DNA from: Phyllosticta citribraziliensis
Lineage: Eukaryota
Direction of reading: 5' to 3'
DNA: 64,000 bases
Assembly: GCF_038025025.1 (NCBI RefSeq)
Contig: NW_027117340.1
Location: forward strand, 1,426,001-1,490,000
Positions 22,067 through 34,977 of this stretch are shown in pieces. The translations under genes were made by a program, and so were the position numbers. The notes beneath the pieces were generated by a model. It saw nothing but the letters and a program-made list of their open reading frames with translations. It ran no database searches and had not been told where the DNA came from. How positions within the stretch are numbered: the first letter of the stretch is position 1; each line of letters starts with the position of its first letter.

Positions 22067-24821
22067 CGTCAATCAGGGGCTGGGTCAGGGGCTGGGTCAG
22101 GGGCCGAGTCGCGGGTCGGTGGGCAAGGCGTTTTAGACGACTTTCTCTGTCTGCGCTGTTGTGATATCACCGTTCTCAATGGTTTTGTGTCGATTCATTG
22201 TGTATGCTTGTGGCTTATATCCTTCTCAAAGCATAGTTTTGCAGCAGTGATCTCAGCGCTCTTGCAATTTGTTTGTCTTTGGTTTCAATATTCTCCATTC
22301 CATTGCCATGGGTGCTCTGGACTAGCTCCGTCAAAAGATGAGGTACACAGATAAACAGTATTGCGTTTGTTTTCTTCTACCATGTACAGTACAACTCGCG
22401 AAAAAAGTCGGGTCTATCTCCCGACTTCGACCTGGTCCACGGGCCAGCAAGACAAACAAGCATTGATTGTAAAAAAATAAGCTTGCTTCAATGTACATGT
22501 ACCCAACGACAAAAACCAACCACCTTGACCGCAAATCTGCGACCACCAGTGTTGGTTGTCACAATTCCCACAGCCTATAGAAGACGCCCAGCTTATCTTC
22601 CAACCGCTCCCATTCGGCTGTCCGGACGTGATTGCGCGAGATAGCTCCCGTCTGCCTCTCACCGTCCACTGCGCCTTGCCATGCAGGTAATCTAGAACAA
22701 CAGCCCGTCCGCTGCGAGAGCGGAATGCATGTATGTACTGCTACATTGGCCCCCAACCAAGCCTTCGTATAGAAACGAAATGACTGCGGCACGCGTGCCG
22801 CGCCGCGCGCGAGCGTAGCGAGTTGCGAGAAGGAAGTGGCTGAACTTGTAGGAAACGATCACCAGAGGATCCCGCTCGTCGACATGCATCGAGGTGTTTC
22901 CAGAAACGACGAGGCGCTGCAAGAGGCTAAAGCGATTTCTTCGAGCACTTTGGCGCAACTGTTATTGTAACTGGAAAGATGTTCGACATGGGGCCGTCAC
23001 CACCACCCAGTCTCTATGGCGAGTCGGGTACAAAGCAGGGTAACCTTAAATTTCTGACAGGCATCCTGCGCCGGACGGGTCCATGGCGGCGGCGACGGGC
23101 GCAAGGCTGGCTGGGGGAGATCAGCAGCAGCCAAGAAAGGCAAACGGTCGGGGCTCGGAGGCTGAAAAGTCGGGGACAAAGAAAGGGCAAGGTTGGCTGG
23201 ACGGTGCGCCGGCGCAGCGGGCTCCGCCTCTTTGGCTGCCTCCGTTGCAGGTGGTCAGCGGCAGAGAGGCAGATTCCAGGAGGAATGTTCCCGCCCTTCT
23301 GGAAAGTGGGTCGAATGGCTAGAAAAGTGCCTGGGTGGGCTGCATGTTGCGAGCTGTTACCCAGAATTTAGCCAATGCCTTCTTCTGAAGCTCCCTCGCT
23401 CCGTGCCAGATGCGGCAGCGGCTTCGACGTCGACCCAGGTAGCAAACGCACAGGCGTTGGTACTGGGCTTGTCTTGCAACACAGACGTCATGCTTCGCGC
23501 GCTCCTCCGGTGATCGTAGATGCGGTTGAGGCAGAGACGGAGCCAAGGCCGTGCCAGTGCATCTATGAGCGCCTGGATTCCTTGCATTTGAGCTCTTTTC
23601 CAGCAGTGGCAGCGGCATGAACGCTGACGGGCAGAGCAGATTGGGGGGATTCGGGTCTATGGGTATGCTTCGTGGACGCGGTTTCAGAGGTAATGGTGCT
23701 GCGACGTGGCAGGGGTGATGGATGCTTCTTGGGCCCGCCCCTCCGGCTGTAAACGGTCGCTGGTGGCCGTAGGATGACGATGCTGTCAAAGATTCCATCG
23801 ACATGTGAATGTGGGATTGGTGGTGATTGTATGCGCTGGTTCTTGTTAGGGATGATCACTTGGCGAACTGAGTGGAGAGAGGAGAGCCATGTCGCGTTGA
23901 TGGTGTTGACAACAAGAGTTTTCGTCAGCCTAGAAACTGTATGCGCGTGTTGCTTGTTCAAACGCAGAAGTTTTTGTCTGCCTACGATCAGCAGACCAAA
24001 GCGATCGCCAACAACCAACGTGAGCTGGCAGGCCAACAGCCACGCTGCCATGGGGAATTTGGGCCATTCGCATGTGGCGATGTGGTCGGCGCTAGTTGGG
24101 CCATCAAGGGTCTGGTCTGGCGCCGCAAGAGGCACAGCTTGATGGCGCAGTGGATGTGGAAGAGAGAGAGAGCGGATTGAGGTTCAGTAGTCGAGCAAAG
24201 ACCCGGCGTCATGGCCGGCGAGGCTGAGAGTCAAGTGCAAGGGCCCGGCAGGGCTGAATGCTGTGAAGAAGATCGAAGTCTGGCGGTGAGGTTAAAGTTG
24301 AGGTGCCCACAGTATGGCCCCCACAGCGCCCACAACCCCAGACCCACTCCAAAAAGCGCCGACAGGATGCACCGGCAGACTCACAGCACGGGGAGTCACA
24401 CAAGCCTTCCAATCCATGACGCCCGTGGGCTCAGTTGGCTTATCTCATTTTTTTTTTTATTTTTTTTTGCAACTGCGCCTCAAGCCGATCCAATCCCATC
24501 CTCTGCTCTTTCTTTGTCGCATCACAGAAGGAACGCTGGTGCCACCATAAATACTTGGTCCCTCTCGTTCCCCGCCATAGGAAGCCTTTGACATCATCCA
24601 TCACCAACTCCAGCTTTTCCGGTTGCAGCGCGTCATAGACTGTTGCCAGCTGCATCTTAAAACCAGTCCTGTCTCACACCTCCGTAAACGGTTACAACCA
24701 CTGCCTCTCCCGCGCAGCCACCTCTCCTCGCACAACTCACCCGCACTGCAATATCCACTGCCATCGGCGCATAATCCGCACTCAACAACTCGCCTGCAGA
24801 CATCCCCGCCGCCACTCAAAC

Positions 24822-25789
24822 ATGAGGTTTCTGCACCATCTTTTCGTCTTGGCCGTTGCCAGCGCCACAACTGCTTCTGCCGCCTCGATACCGCAGTCTC
24901 CACACGCCCTCGCTTTGCGCAACGAAGAATCCGCCCTGACCAACGTCCTGGGTCCGCGCGCAGCAGACATCATACATGAAAATGCGCTTGAGAAGCGCAA
25001 GGGAGGTGGAGGCCGTGGTGGAGGCGGAAGTGGTAGTAGCGGTGGAGGTACGTCTTGAATGGGTTGCGCGCGAATCCGCAACCCTCTTCCCTCCCGACCC
25101 TCATCCCAAAGACCGGCATCCTACCTGTCGCAAACCTCACATGTTGACATTTTGCAGGTCGCTCCTCAGGCGGCTCGTCCTCTTCATCCGGCAGAACTTC
25201 AGGCAGCTCCAATGCCGGCGGTAGTACCCGGGGCGGGTCAGGAAGGGCACCAGCATATGGAGGAGGCACCTACTACGCCGGCGGAGCCGCAGTGCCTTTT
25301 GCCGCCGGCCAACGTAGCAAGCTGGGCCTGGTACCTTTCCTGCTGCCCCTGACGGCCCTCGCCTTCATCCCGCTGCTGGCGTGGGGATGGGCGTCCGGAG
25401 TAGGCGGATACCAGTACGCGTACAGGAACCCTTATGTATTTCAAAACCGCACCGCGAACGCCAACAACGCGACAAACACGTCGCTCCCCGTCGTCTGCTA
25501 CTGCCAGCAGTACACGACGTGCGGCTGCGACGACAACAACTCGACGGCCTACTTCGACAGCATTGTCGGCAATGGCAGCTACGACGCTCTCAACAAGAGC
25601 GTTGTCAACGTTGCCCGCGTCAACGGCACCGACACCCTCATCCTCAACGGCGTCTTGCCCAACGGCACCACGGCCGCTGGCAGCGACTCGGCCGCCGGCC
25701 GCGCAATTGGAGGCGCAGTCGTCAGCGGCTGGCTTGGCTGGGCCTTGTACGGTGCGCTGGTCGCTGGCGCCGTTGCCGTGGGGTTGTAG
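24822..25789 (+). CDS. Secreted glycine-rich, Cys-containing, probably GPI-anchored cell-surface protein. Intron 25048-25157
   Basis: Signal peptide MRFLHHLFVLAVASATTASA, Kex2-like LEKR, Gly/Ser-rich linker, YGGGTYYAGGAAVP, LPVVCYCQQYTTCGCDD, several NxT/S sites, INGxLPNGTTA-like motif and hydrophobic C-terminus. Confidence 0.82.
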
Positions 25790-26390
25790 GAGATCTTTCC
25801 TTTTTCCTTTTGGTTCTTCTCGTTATTCTTGGACTTCGAATACCACCTTTCTTTTGGGGCTGGGTTGGCACTAGCGTTTGGCATGCATACACGCATGGAC
25901 GGGTTGGATGGGCAGACAGAGAGGCAGGGTTTGGTTTGACATTAGCAGGTGGCGTTGTTGGCATTTTGGGATTCTCCTTTCGTTCTTGGAGGCAGCAGCT
26001 TGGAGGGTTTGTGCATTTTGCATCTCACATCCGCTTGGAAACGATAGGCTGCAACGATGGATAGTTGTGTGGCCGCGGCCGTAGTTGTCCTGTTCAATCA
26101 ATCGACTATGCTAAAACTACTGTACCCAGAACGCGCACCTGGCAGGCTCTTGAGCAGCAGCAGACAACCTTTCATCTTTCGAGCTGAATAAAGCCTAGAC
26201 TCAGGAGCACACAGGCTTTCGAGACTGAGGAGACTGCGGAGATGCGGAAATTCAAGCGCCGTGATTGTCCTGGCCATTCATATTCCTGGTATCATGCGAA
26301 GCCTGCCCCCTTGCCTACCCACCACCAGATCATGAACCCAACATCAAAAATCCCAAGCAACGCCAACAAAATGCAAAGCCCCGCGGCTCC

Positions 26391-27993
26391 TCAATCCGCC
26401 CGTCGCTTTTTATTCGCGCTAGAATCCCTCGTCTTGCTCGTCCCATTGGCAGCCGTCTTCTTCTCGTCTCCGCTTCCCCCCTGCTCGGCGCCATTCATCC
26501 ACTCCTTGCCCGCGCCGGGGCTGCGGCGGCGGTACTGGCCAGCGCCGACCTGCACCTCGTCGTCCTCCGAGTCGCTCTGCCCGATGTCAAGCACGATGGG
26601 CATCTGGAACTCGGCGGGCTCGAACTCGGCCCGCCCGGGCTCGATGGTGAGCACGTCGACGTCTTCGTCTTCGAGGTCCAGCCGCCTCTTGTGCAGCTCT
26701 TCCAGCGGCTGGATGTCGAATTCGTCTTCGCGCTCGACGTACTCGACGTTTTCTTCGACCTCTGCAAAGTCCGGGGCAAGGGCTGACCAGCGCTGGGGTA
26801 TTTGTATGGACCACAGGTAGATGCGGCCAGACTCGAGGCCGCCGGCGGCGAGGAACGGGCGGTGTGGGTGCCATTCGACGACTGCAATCTCTTCTCTTGC
26901 CTCCAGAATCTTGGTCAAACTGCCCTGGCCACGCTCCCAAATGTAAATGTCGTGGTTCATGTACGTCGACGCCGTCACGTATTCGCCCGTGGCACTGAAG
27001 CACACATGGTTCCAGGACAGCCTGTTTACGACATCCTGGAACTTGTGTTCGATATTCAGGGCCATGCTGTCAAAGTCCAGCTTCGGGTCCGTCAGGTCGG
27101 GAAGGTGGAGCGTCCGGATGATGCGGTCGGCGCAGTTGATGACCATGTCTCGCCCAGACGCCGTGAGCCGGATAAAGATGACAAGGCTGTTGGAGAGGCG
27201 TGTAGAGTACCGTACATCGCAGGTCTTGGTGTCTATTATGTTTAGCCATCCCTTGTTGGTCCCTGATAAAATATAGCTCCCGCTGCGCGTAAAGACGGTT
27301 ACAGTGGTCGTCTGTTTTGCATCTTGCGCGGTTTGCTTCTCGGTCGCATTCTCTCGCTCCACTTGTGATCGTCGTGGCGCAGAGGGGAGAATGTGTTTTC
27401 TTGGAATCGTGTCGTCCGTCATGTCGACGAGCACCGGTTGATCTTCGAAGATGGCGGCGACGAACATTAGGCTGAGGAGTTAGCGATGGCATCAAATGAT
27501 CAGGCAGCATTCCTCACTGATTTCGAGGGTGAAGCTCCGCAATGAATACCGGCGCGCCAAATCTCACGGTCCGTATGCGCCTGCCATCTTTCAGGTCCCA
27601 CAGCACGCATCTCCAATCCTGAGATGCGCTGAGCAGGTATTGATCATTGGCGGACCAGCTGAGAGACTGGACCTGGCGTGTATGGCCTGCAAGCTTTCGG
27701 GCGACACCGTTGGTCTCGAGATCGAAGATGACGACAATTCCGTCTCCCTGGCGAGATGTGAGTGGTGGGTTTGGCGGCGGTGTCCCAAAGCGCATACCCT
27801 TCCTGAGGCAAGATAGTCGCCGCGATGATTGAAGCGCATGCATGTCGAGTGACCGCTGTCTGAATCAGAGGGCCAAAGGTCAGCAAGGCAACACATGCAA
27901 CGAGGACTTGGCTGTGTGCGTACGGAGCCTTCCTGCTGGCGTCTCAGGCGTGTCCTGCGCCAGGACGGCGGGATCAATTAGAGGGAGGTTCAT
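26391..27993 (-). CDS. SWD1: COMPASS/Set1C WD40 subunit Swd1 (RBBP5). Introns 27923-27860, 27797-27748, 27517-27472
   Basis: MNLPLIDP start, FNHRGDYLASG, GHTRQVQSLSWS, HKFQDVVNRLSW and the diagnostic WSALAPDFAEVEENVEYVEREDEFD. Confidence 0.95.
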
Positions 27994-28654
27994 GTCGAGG
28001 GCGAGCGCTCGGTTAGTGTGGTGCGCGAGGCCAAAAGTCGCATGTTTGGGCCCGAGTCGCAAAGATCTCGACAAGGAGTAGTGGATGGGACGCGATAGAC
28101 AATGAATGAGCACGGCAACGTCCCGCGACACGCAGGCAGCAGGCGGCGGCGCCCGGCGGACGCAGCCCGGCCGGCGGCACGCGTTGTTGGTCCGTGCGCA
28201 CGTTCGCCCTTTGAACCTCAACTCTCTCCGTAGAGACGTTCGCCTCTGCATCCTACCTCCATCCACCCACCCACCACCTCTCCATCGCGAGCGTCTTGTC
28301 GGCAGTCCCGGTCCACCCTCCTGTCGACATCGCCACGCCCGACACGCTCCACCTGCTCTCAAATCGCGTCGGCAGCCCCGCCCACCGCTGCAGGCTCGCA
28401 CATCTCGCATCTTCGCCGCCGTGCGGCCAGCGCGCCCAGCGCCTCGAACCCCATCTGCGCCCGCCCGGCGCCATCTTCCGCACACGATACCACTCCGATT
28501 CTCTCGTTTCGATAGACCAGGCGACGATACACACGAAGAAGGATTGACCATCCCGTCGGAGACGCAGTGACGTTGGCGTCATACCACTGTCCGGACAGAC
28601 ACGCCGTCGCAAAAGTTTCACCCATCCAACTTTGCATTCAACACCACCGCCATC

Positions 28655-31600
28655 ATGTCGAACCTCCACTTTGCGGCGTCGAGCGCGCCGCTCAAGAGCA
28701 TCCAGGAAATCCAATTCGGACTCATGGCGCCAGATGAGATTCAAAACATGAGCGTAGCTCACATCATCTACCCTGAGACCATGGTACTTTCTCAGCGTGT
28801 CCTCAACCTGTGCGGTCTGGATGTTGCTGACGCACGCCTGTAGGATGAGCAAAAGCAACGGCCTCGCGAGGGTGGTTTGAACGACCCCAAGCTCGGCTCC
28901 ATCGACCGCGGCATGCACTGTGCCTCTTGCGGCGAGAACATGCAAGAGTGCCCTGGTCATTTTGGCCACATCGAGCTGGTCACCCCAGTGTTCCACGTCG
29001 GTATGTTGTCTCTTCTGCTGTCAAGTCCGCATCAAAAATGCTGACAAGACCAGGCTTCATCAACAAGATCAAAAAGCTGCTGGAGTGCGTTTGTCACAAC
29101 TGTGGCAAAATTCTTGCAGATGAGGTTAGTCACCCGCATGGGGTGGCTGTTCTGTGAGCATGGCAGTGCTGACAAACGCTCAGAGCGACCAACATTTCAA
29201 GGATGCATTGCGCTTGCGTGATCCCAAGAAGCGCTTCGAGGCCATCTGGAAAGTTTGCAAGCCGAAGCTAGCATGTGCAGTAGACTCTCCGAGCGAAGAC
29301 GGAGACCCGAAGAAGGCGCCCAAAGTCCAGCATGGCGGCTGCGGAAACCGTCAACCCGAGATTCGCAAGGACGGATTGAAGCTCATGGGCACATGGAAGC
29401 CCCAGAAGAACGAAGAGGAAGAAGAGGGCCGCCAGCCGGAGAAGAGGCCCATCAAGCCGCAGGATGCGATGAATATCTTCAAGCTCATCAGCGACGAAGC
29501 GCTATCTGTCCTGGGATTGAACGTCGAATTTGCCCGCCCAGAATGGATGATCCTCAGTGTCCTTCCGGTCCCCCCTCCGCCAGTCCGGCCTAGCATTTCG
29601 GTAGACGGAACGGGCCAAGGCATGCGTGGCGAGGATGACTTGACCTACAAGCTTGCGGACATCGTTCGTTCCAACGGCCAGATCAAGTCCTCTATAGAGA
29701 ACGGCGCCGCGCAACACGTGCTGAACGATTACGAGGACCTTTTGCAATGGCACGTTGCAACCTACCTGGACAATGACATTGCAGGCCAACCGAAAGCCCA
29801 GCAAAAATCCGGCAGGCCTCTTAAGACCCTGCGTGGCCGTCTGAAAGGAAAAGATGGCCGTCTGCGTGGTAACCTGATGGGCAAGCGTGTCGACTTTTCG
29901 GCACGTACCGTCATTACGGGTGACCCCAACCTTTCTTTGGACGAGGTCGGTGTTCCGCGCAGTATTGCGCGCACTCTTTCCTATCCGGAGACGGTGACGC
30001 CGTACAACATTGCCAAGCTTCACCAGCTCGTGAAGAACGGACCGGACGAGCACCCCGGTGCTAAGTACATCATCCGTGACGACGGATCTCGCATCGACTT
30101 GCGCCACCACAAGCGCGCCGGTGAGATCCAGCTGGCGTACGGTTGGAAGGTAGAGCGCCACATCGTGGATGGTGATTTCATCATCTTCAACCGTCAGCCC
30201 TCGCTGCACAAGGAGTCCATGATGGGTCACCGCGTTCGCGTGATGCCTTATTCCACCTTCCGCCTCAACCTGTCGGTCACCTCCCCCTACAATGCCGATT
30301 TTGACGGCGACGAAATGAACTTGCACGTTCCTCAATCAGAAGAAACTCGTGCTGAGATCATGAACCTTTGCATGGTCCCGCTCAACATTGTCTCCCCTCA
30401 GCGAAACGGCCCTCTTATGGGAATTGTTCAAGACACACTCTGCGGTATCTACAAGATATGCAACCGAGACATATTCCTTACCAAGGACCAGGTCATGAAC
30501 ATTCTCATGTGGGTGCCGGACTGGGATGGTGTCATTCCACAGCCGGCCATTGTCAAGCCCCGTCCCCGCTGGACCGGCAAGCAAATCATCAGCTTGGCGC
30601 TTCCAGAAATCAACTTGGTCAAGCCGGCTAAGAGCCACGCACCCATTGACGACAACGGCGTCGTTGTCATTGGTGGCGAGCTGATGTACGGACTTTTCAA
30701 CAAAAAGATCGTTGGCGCAAGTAGTGGTGGCATCATCCACACCATCTACAACGAAAAGGGGTGGGAGACGGCCGTCAACTTCTTCAATGCTGCCCAAAGA
30801 ATCGTCAACTACTGGTTGCTGCAGACCGGCTTCAGTATCGGCATCGGTGATACGATCCCTGATGCCGTCACCACCGACCACATCCAAGATGCGATTAACA
30901 AGCAAAAGGAAGAGGTCGAGGCAGTCACTGCATTGGCAACTCAAGACAAGCTGGACCCTCTGCCCGGTATGACCAAGCGTGAGACTTTCGAAAGCAAGGT
31001 CTCGGTGTTTTTGAACAAGGCTCGTGATGACGCTGGTGCCGTCACCGCGCAGAGTGTCAACACTTGCAACAACGCGATTGCAATGGCCAACTCTGGTTCC
31101 AAGGGTTCGACAATCAACATTTCTCAAATGACGGCTTTGGTCGGTCAGCAGTCGGTCGAGGGCAAGCGCATTCCGTTCGGCTTCAAGTACCGCACTCTCC
31201 CGCACTTTACCAAGGACGATTACTCCCCCGCTGCCCGTGGCTTCGTTCAAAACTCGTACCTGCGCGGTCTGACTCCTACGGAGTTCTTCTTCCACGCCAT
31301 GGCTGGTCGTGAGGGTCTGATTGATACCGCTGTCAAGACGGCCGAGACTGGCTACATTCAGCGCCGTCTGGTCAAGGCTCTTGAAGACGTCATGACCAAG
31401 TACGACGGCACGGTGCGCAACTCTCTCGGCGACATTGTACAGTTTGTCTACGGAGAGGATGGTCTGGACGGAATTGCCATTGAGAAGCAAGCTTGCGACT
31501 TTGTTGCCTGTTCTGATGGCCAGTTTGAGCGCCGATTCTTCATCAACGTCATGGACCCATCCACGTCGCTGTCAAGCGATGTCTTGGAGCAGGCTGACGC

Positions 31601-34156
31601 CATTGCTGGTGACGTCGAAGTTCAACGTATGCTTGACGAGGAATACGCTCAGCTCGAGGCCGACCGAAAGTTTGTGCGCACCGTTACCAACGAAGCAGAC
31701 GATCAGCGCCAGCTGCCGCTGAACATTTCTCGCATCATCGAGACGGCAAAGAGCAAGTTCAGGATCAAGGACGGCTCGCGCAGCGACTTGCACCCCTCGG
31801 AAGTCATTCCCAAGGTTCGCGAGGTCCTCGACCGTTTGATCATCGTTCGCGGCGAGGATGACCTTTCTCAGGAAGCCCAGGACAACGCCACCCTTCTCTT
31901 CAAGGCTCAACTTCGCTCCAAGCTGGCTTTCAAGCGGGTCGTGCGCGAGTATTCTCTGAACAAGCTGGCCTTTGAGAACGTCCTCGGTGACCTCGAGAAT
32001 CGCTTCAACAGAGCCATTGTGAGCCCTGGCGAAATGGTTGGTGTCTTGGCTGCGCAGTCTATTGGTGAACCCGCCACCCAAATGACGCTCAACACGTTCC
32101 ATTTTGCTGGTGTCTCTTCCAAGAACGTTACTCTCGGTGTTCCTCGTCTGAAGGAAATTCTCAACGTGGCCAAGAACATCAAGACGCCATCGATGAAAGT
32201 CTTCACCCAGTCTCCCCTCGACCTGGACGACGATTCCAAGCAGAAGGAGGCGAAGTTGCTCCGAAGCCGTATCGAGCACACGACGCTTCGATCGGTCACA
32301 GAGTGTGTCGAGATTTACTACGACCCCGACATTCAGTCGACTGTCATCGAGGCTGATCAGGACATGGTCGAGTCTTACTTCATCATTCCCGATGACTCGG
32401 CCGACGACATTGACAGCCAGTCCAAGTGGCTTATGCGTGTCGTCCTCAACCGTGGTCGGCTGCTGGACAAGGGCCTGACTGTCCCCGAGGTCGCGAGCAG
32501 GATCAAGGAGGAGTACCACCGGAACTTGGCTGTCATCTTCTCCGACAACAACGCTGAAGAGCTTGTTATCCGTGTCCGTCTTATCAAGCACGACAACAAG
32601 GATGACGAATCTGAGGAACAGGACGAAGCCCTGCTTAAAATGCTTGAGACGAGACTTCTCGACGACCTCTCCCTCCGTGGTGTCCCTGGAATCGAGCGTG
32701 CCTTCATCAACCACGGCCAAAGACAGACGGTCAAGGAGGATGGTGCTCTTGCGTGGGAGAAGAACAACGATTGTATGGAGTGGTTCCTTGAAACCACCGG
32801 CACTGCGCTGTCTCGTGTGCTCCCCGTCGACGGCGTCGATTCTTCTCGGACGTATTCCAACAACTTTTTCGAGATTATCCAGGTCTTTGGCATCGAAGCC
32901 ACCAGAGCTGCTCTGCTCAAGGAGCTGACCCAGGTCTTGGCGTTTGACGGTTCGTATGTCAATCATCGTCACTTGGCACTCCTTGTGGATGTCATGACCT
33001 CTAGGGGCATGATCATGGCCGTCACTCGCCACGGTATCAACCGAGCTGATACTGGTGCTCTCATGCGTTGTTCGTTCGAGGAGACTGTCGAAATTCTTCT
33101 CGAGGCTGCGGCTTGTGGTGAGCTCGACGACTGCCGCGGTGTCTCTGAAAACATCATGCTTGGCCAGCTTGCTCCTGCAGGCACTGGAGAGATGGACGTC
33201 TTTGTGGACAGGAACATGCTCAACACCTGCACGTCGGACAACTCTCGATTTGGCCTCATGCCTGGCATGGCCGCTGCTGCTAGCTATGTCGATGCAGGTG
33301 CTGCCACACCGTACGACTTGGGCTCGCCATCGCACGAGGCCAACTATGCTGGCCCAGACTACGGCGCCTCCTTCTCGCCCATGGTTCAGGCAGGCCAAGA
33401 CGACAGCGGTGGCTTTACGCAGTATGGGCCGTCTTTCGAGGGAGGCTTCAGTCCGTATGCCGGTGGCCGCAGTCCGGGCTACGTGCCTACCAGTCCCTTC
33501 AGTGGCACCAGCCCAACATCGCCTGGCTATTCCCCAACGTCGCCTGGCTACTCGCCTACTTCGCCTGGCATGGCTCTTACAAGCCCTCGCTTCGGTCCAA
33601 CCTCTCCTGGTTTCTCCCCGACGAGTCCGGCGTATTCTCCCACATCGCCTGGCTACTCGCCGACGTCGCCCGCGTATGGCGCGTCTCCTACTTCGCCGAG
33701 CTACTCTCCCACTTCGCCTTCGTACTCGCCGACCTCCCCCACCTCCCCTACTTCACCGGCGTACTCTCCTACGTCGCCGAGCTACAGCCCAACTTCGCCG
33801 GCGCATGCAACCTCGCCCAAGTACAGCCCGACGTCGCCGGCTTACTCGCCAACTTCGCCCATGTACTCACCCACGAGCCCGCAATTCGGTAGTGGCAGTG
33901 ACAGGCGCTCGCCAACGTCGCCCATGTCGTACAGCCCAACGAGCCCGGTCTACAGCCCTACCAGTCCGGCTCAGGACCAGTACTCGCCGACGAGCCCAAG
34001 GTTCTCGCCGACCAGTCCGGCGAATGCTCCTTACAGCGCCACATCCCCCAAGTACAGCCCAACGAGCCCCAAGTATAGCCCTACGTAAGTGCATTCCAAG
34101 GAACCAACACAATGCCACATTGCTCACAAGCTGCTAGGTCTCCTCGACAGGACTAA
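28655..34156 (+). CDS. RPB1: RNA polymerase II largest subunit. Introns 28784-28843, 29001-29053, 29125-29183, 34085-34137
   Basis: [47 protein letters not shown], bridge helix [15 protein letters not shown], trigger loop [12 protein letters not shown] and YSPTSP heptads. The last intron gives the end ...SPT|SPRQD*. Confidence 0.99.
33479..34084 (+). repeat. RPB1 CTD heptapeptide repeat region (degenerate)
   Basis: Tandem YSPTSP[G/A/S/K/M/V/R] units interrupted by spacers. Confidence 0.9.
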
Positions 34157-34977
34157 GCTTCATGGCTCTCAGCGAGTGTGCCCTTGATTGGATCGACCTC
34201 GCGTTTCCTTCCTCTTTGGCATGTTTTACTACGCGAACAATTGCATGAAAAGTGGCTTCCTCGAATTGGAAGCTTTTGATAGTCGTCAGGTTCCTGGTTC
34301 TTCAGAGACCGTCCATAATATTCCTTGCGACGGTGTTGAGGTGTTCTGGGACGGATCTCTGCTTTGGGTGCTCTTTCAAATTTTCCCTTTCTTCAAACCA
34401 AGTGGTTTTCCACGTTGCATGAGGCCTGGCGTCGCCCAGCTTAAATTGAAACGATTCCCACAAGGGCATGGCGGTGGATGAGCGGCTCTGAATTTGTTGT
34501 TCGGCAAGACGGGGTTTCAGCGTCAGGCAGAGGCAGGCGGAAGGAATGATGATCTGGGGGACGGATGGAATGGAATGCCAAATGGTCGAGAGGTAGAAAA
34601 GCCGCTAAAACTGATATTCTCAAGGACACCGTGTTTGAGCTTCGGCGCTCGAATGGTAGACTTGAAGAGCGAAAATCAGAAAAGACTTTGGTCACCAAGA
34701 ACTTCTCATGATTGTGATGTCCTGTTGAGATGTGAACGATCCCATAGTGGGTATCGAAATAAGTGAGACGATGTTCACTGCCATCGTTGCGCGTAGGGAG
34801 CAGTCCAGCTAGGCCCAAGGGGCTTATTTTCGACACGCCGCGGTGACCTGACTGTTGTGTGCTGCAGGAGTGCGTCGGCGGCTGGCGTCGCTCGGGCCTG
34901 AGTCAAAGCTTCAACGGCCACGACAAAACCTTGCAACTACATGGCTGACTTGCAACCGCAACAACCACACTTTCGCA

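Noticed and set aside
22140..24800. Short ORFs in the long intergenic region after the aquaporin
   Set aside because: No codon bias or motifs; consistent with UTR and promoter sequence.
29502..33398. Long antisense ORFs opposite RPB1 (277, 384 and 608 aa), and similar ones opposite Trk, the ATPase, ALA1 and VPS8
   Set aside because: These are shadows of strong codon bias in the sense gene, with no protein-like motifs.
33479..34156. Degenerate RPB1 CTD with only two perfect YSPTSPS heptads
   Set aside because: Relaxed CTD heptads are already known in filamentous ascomycetes.
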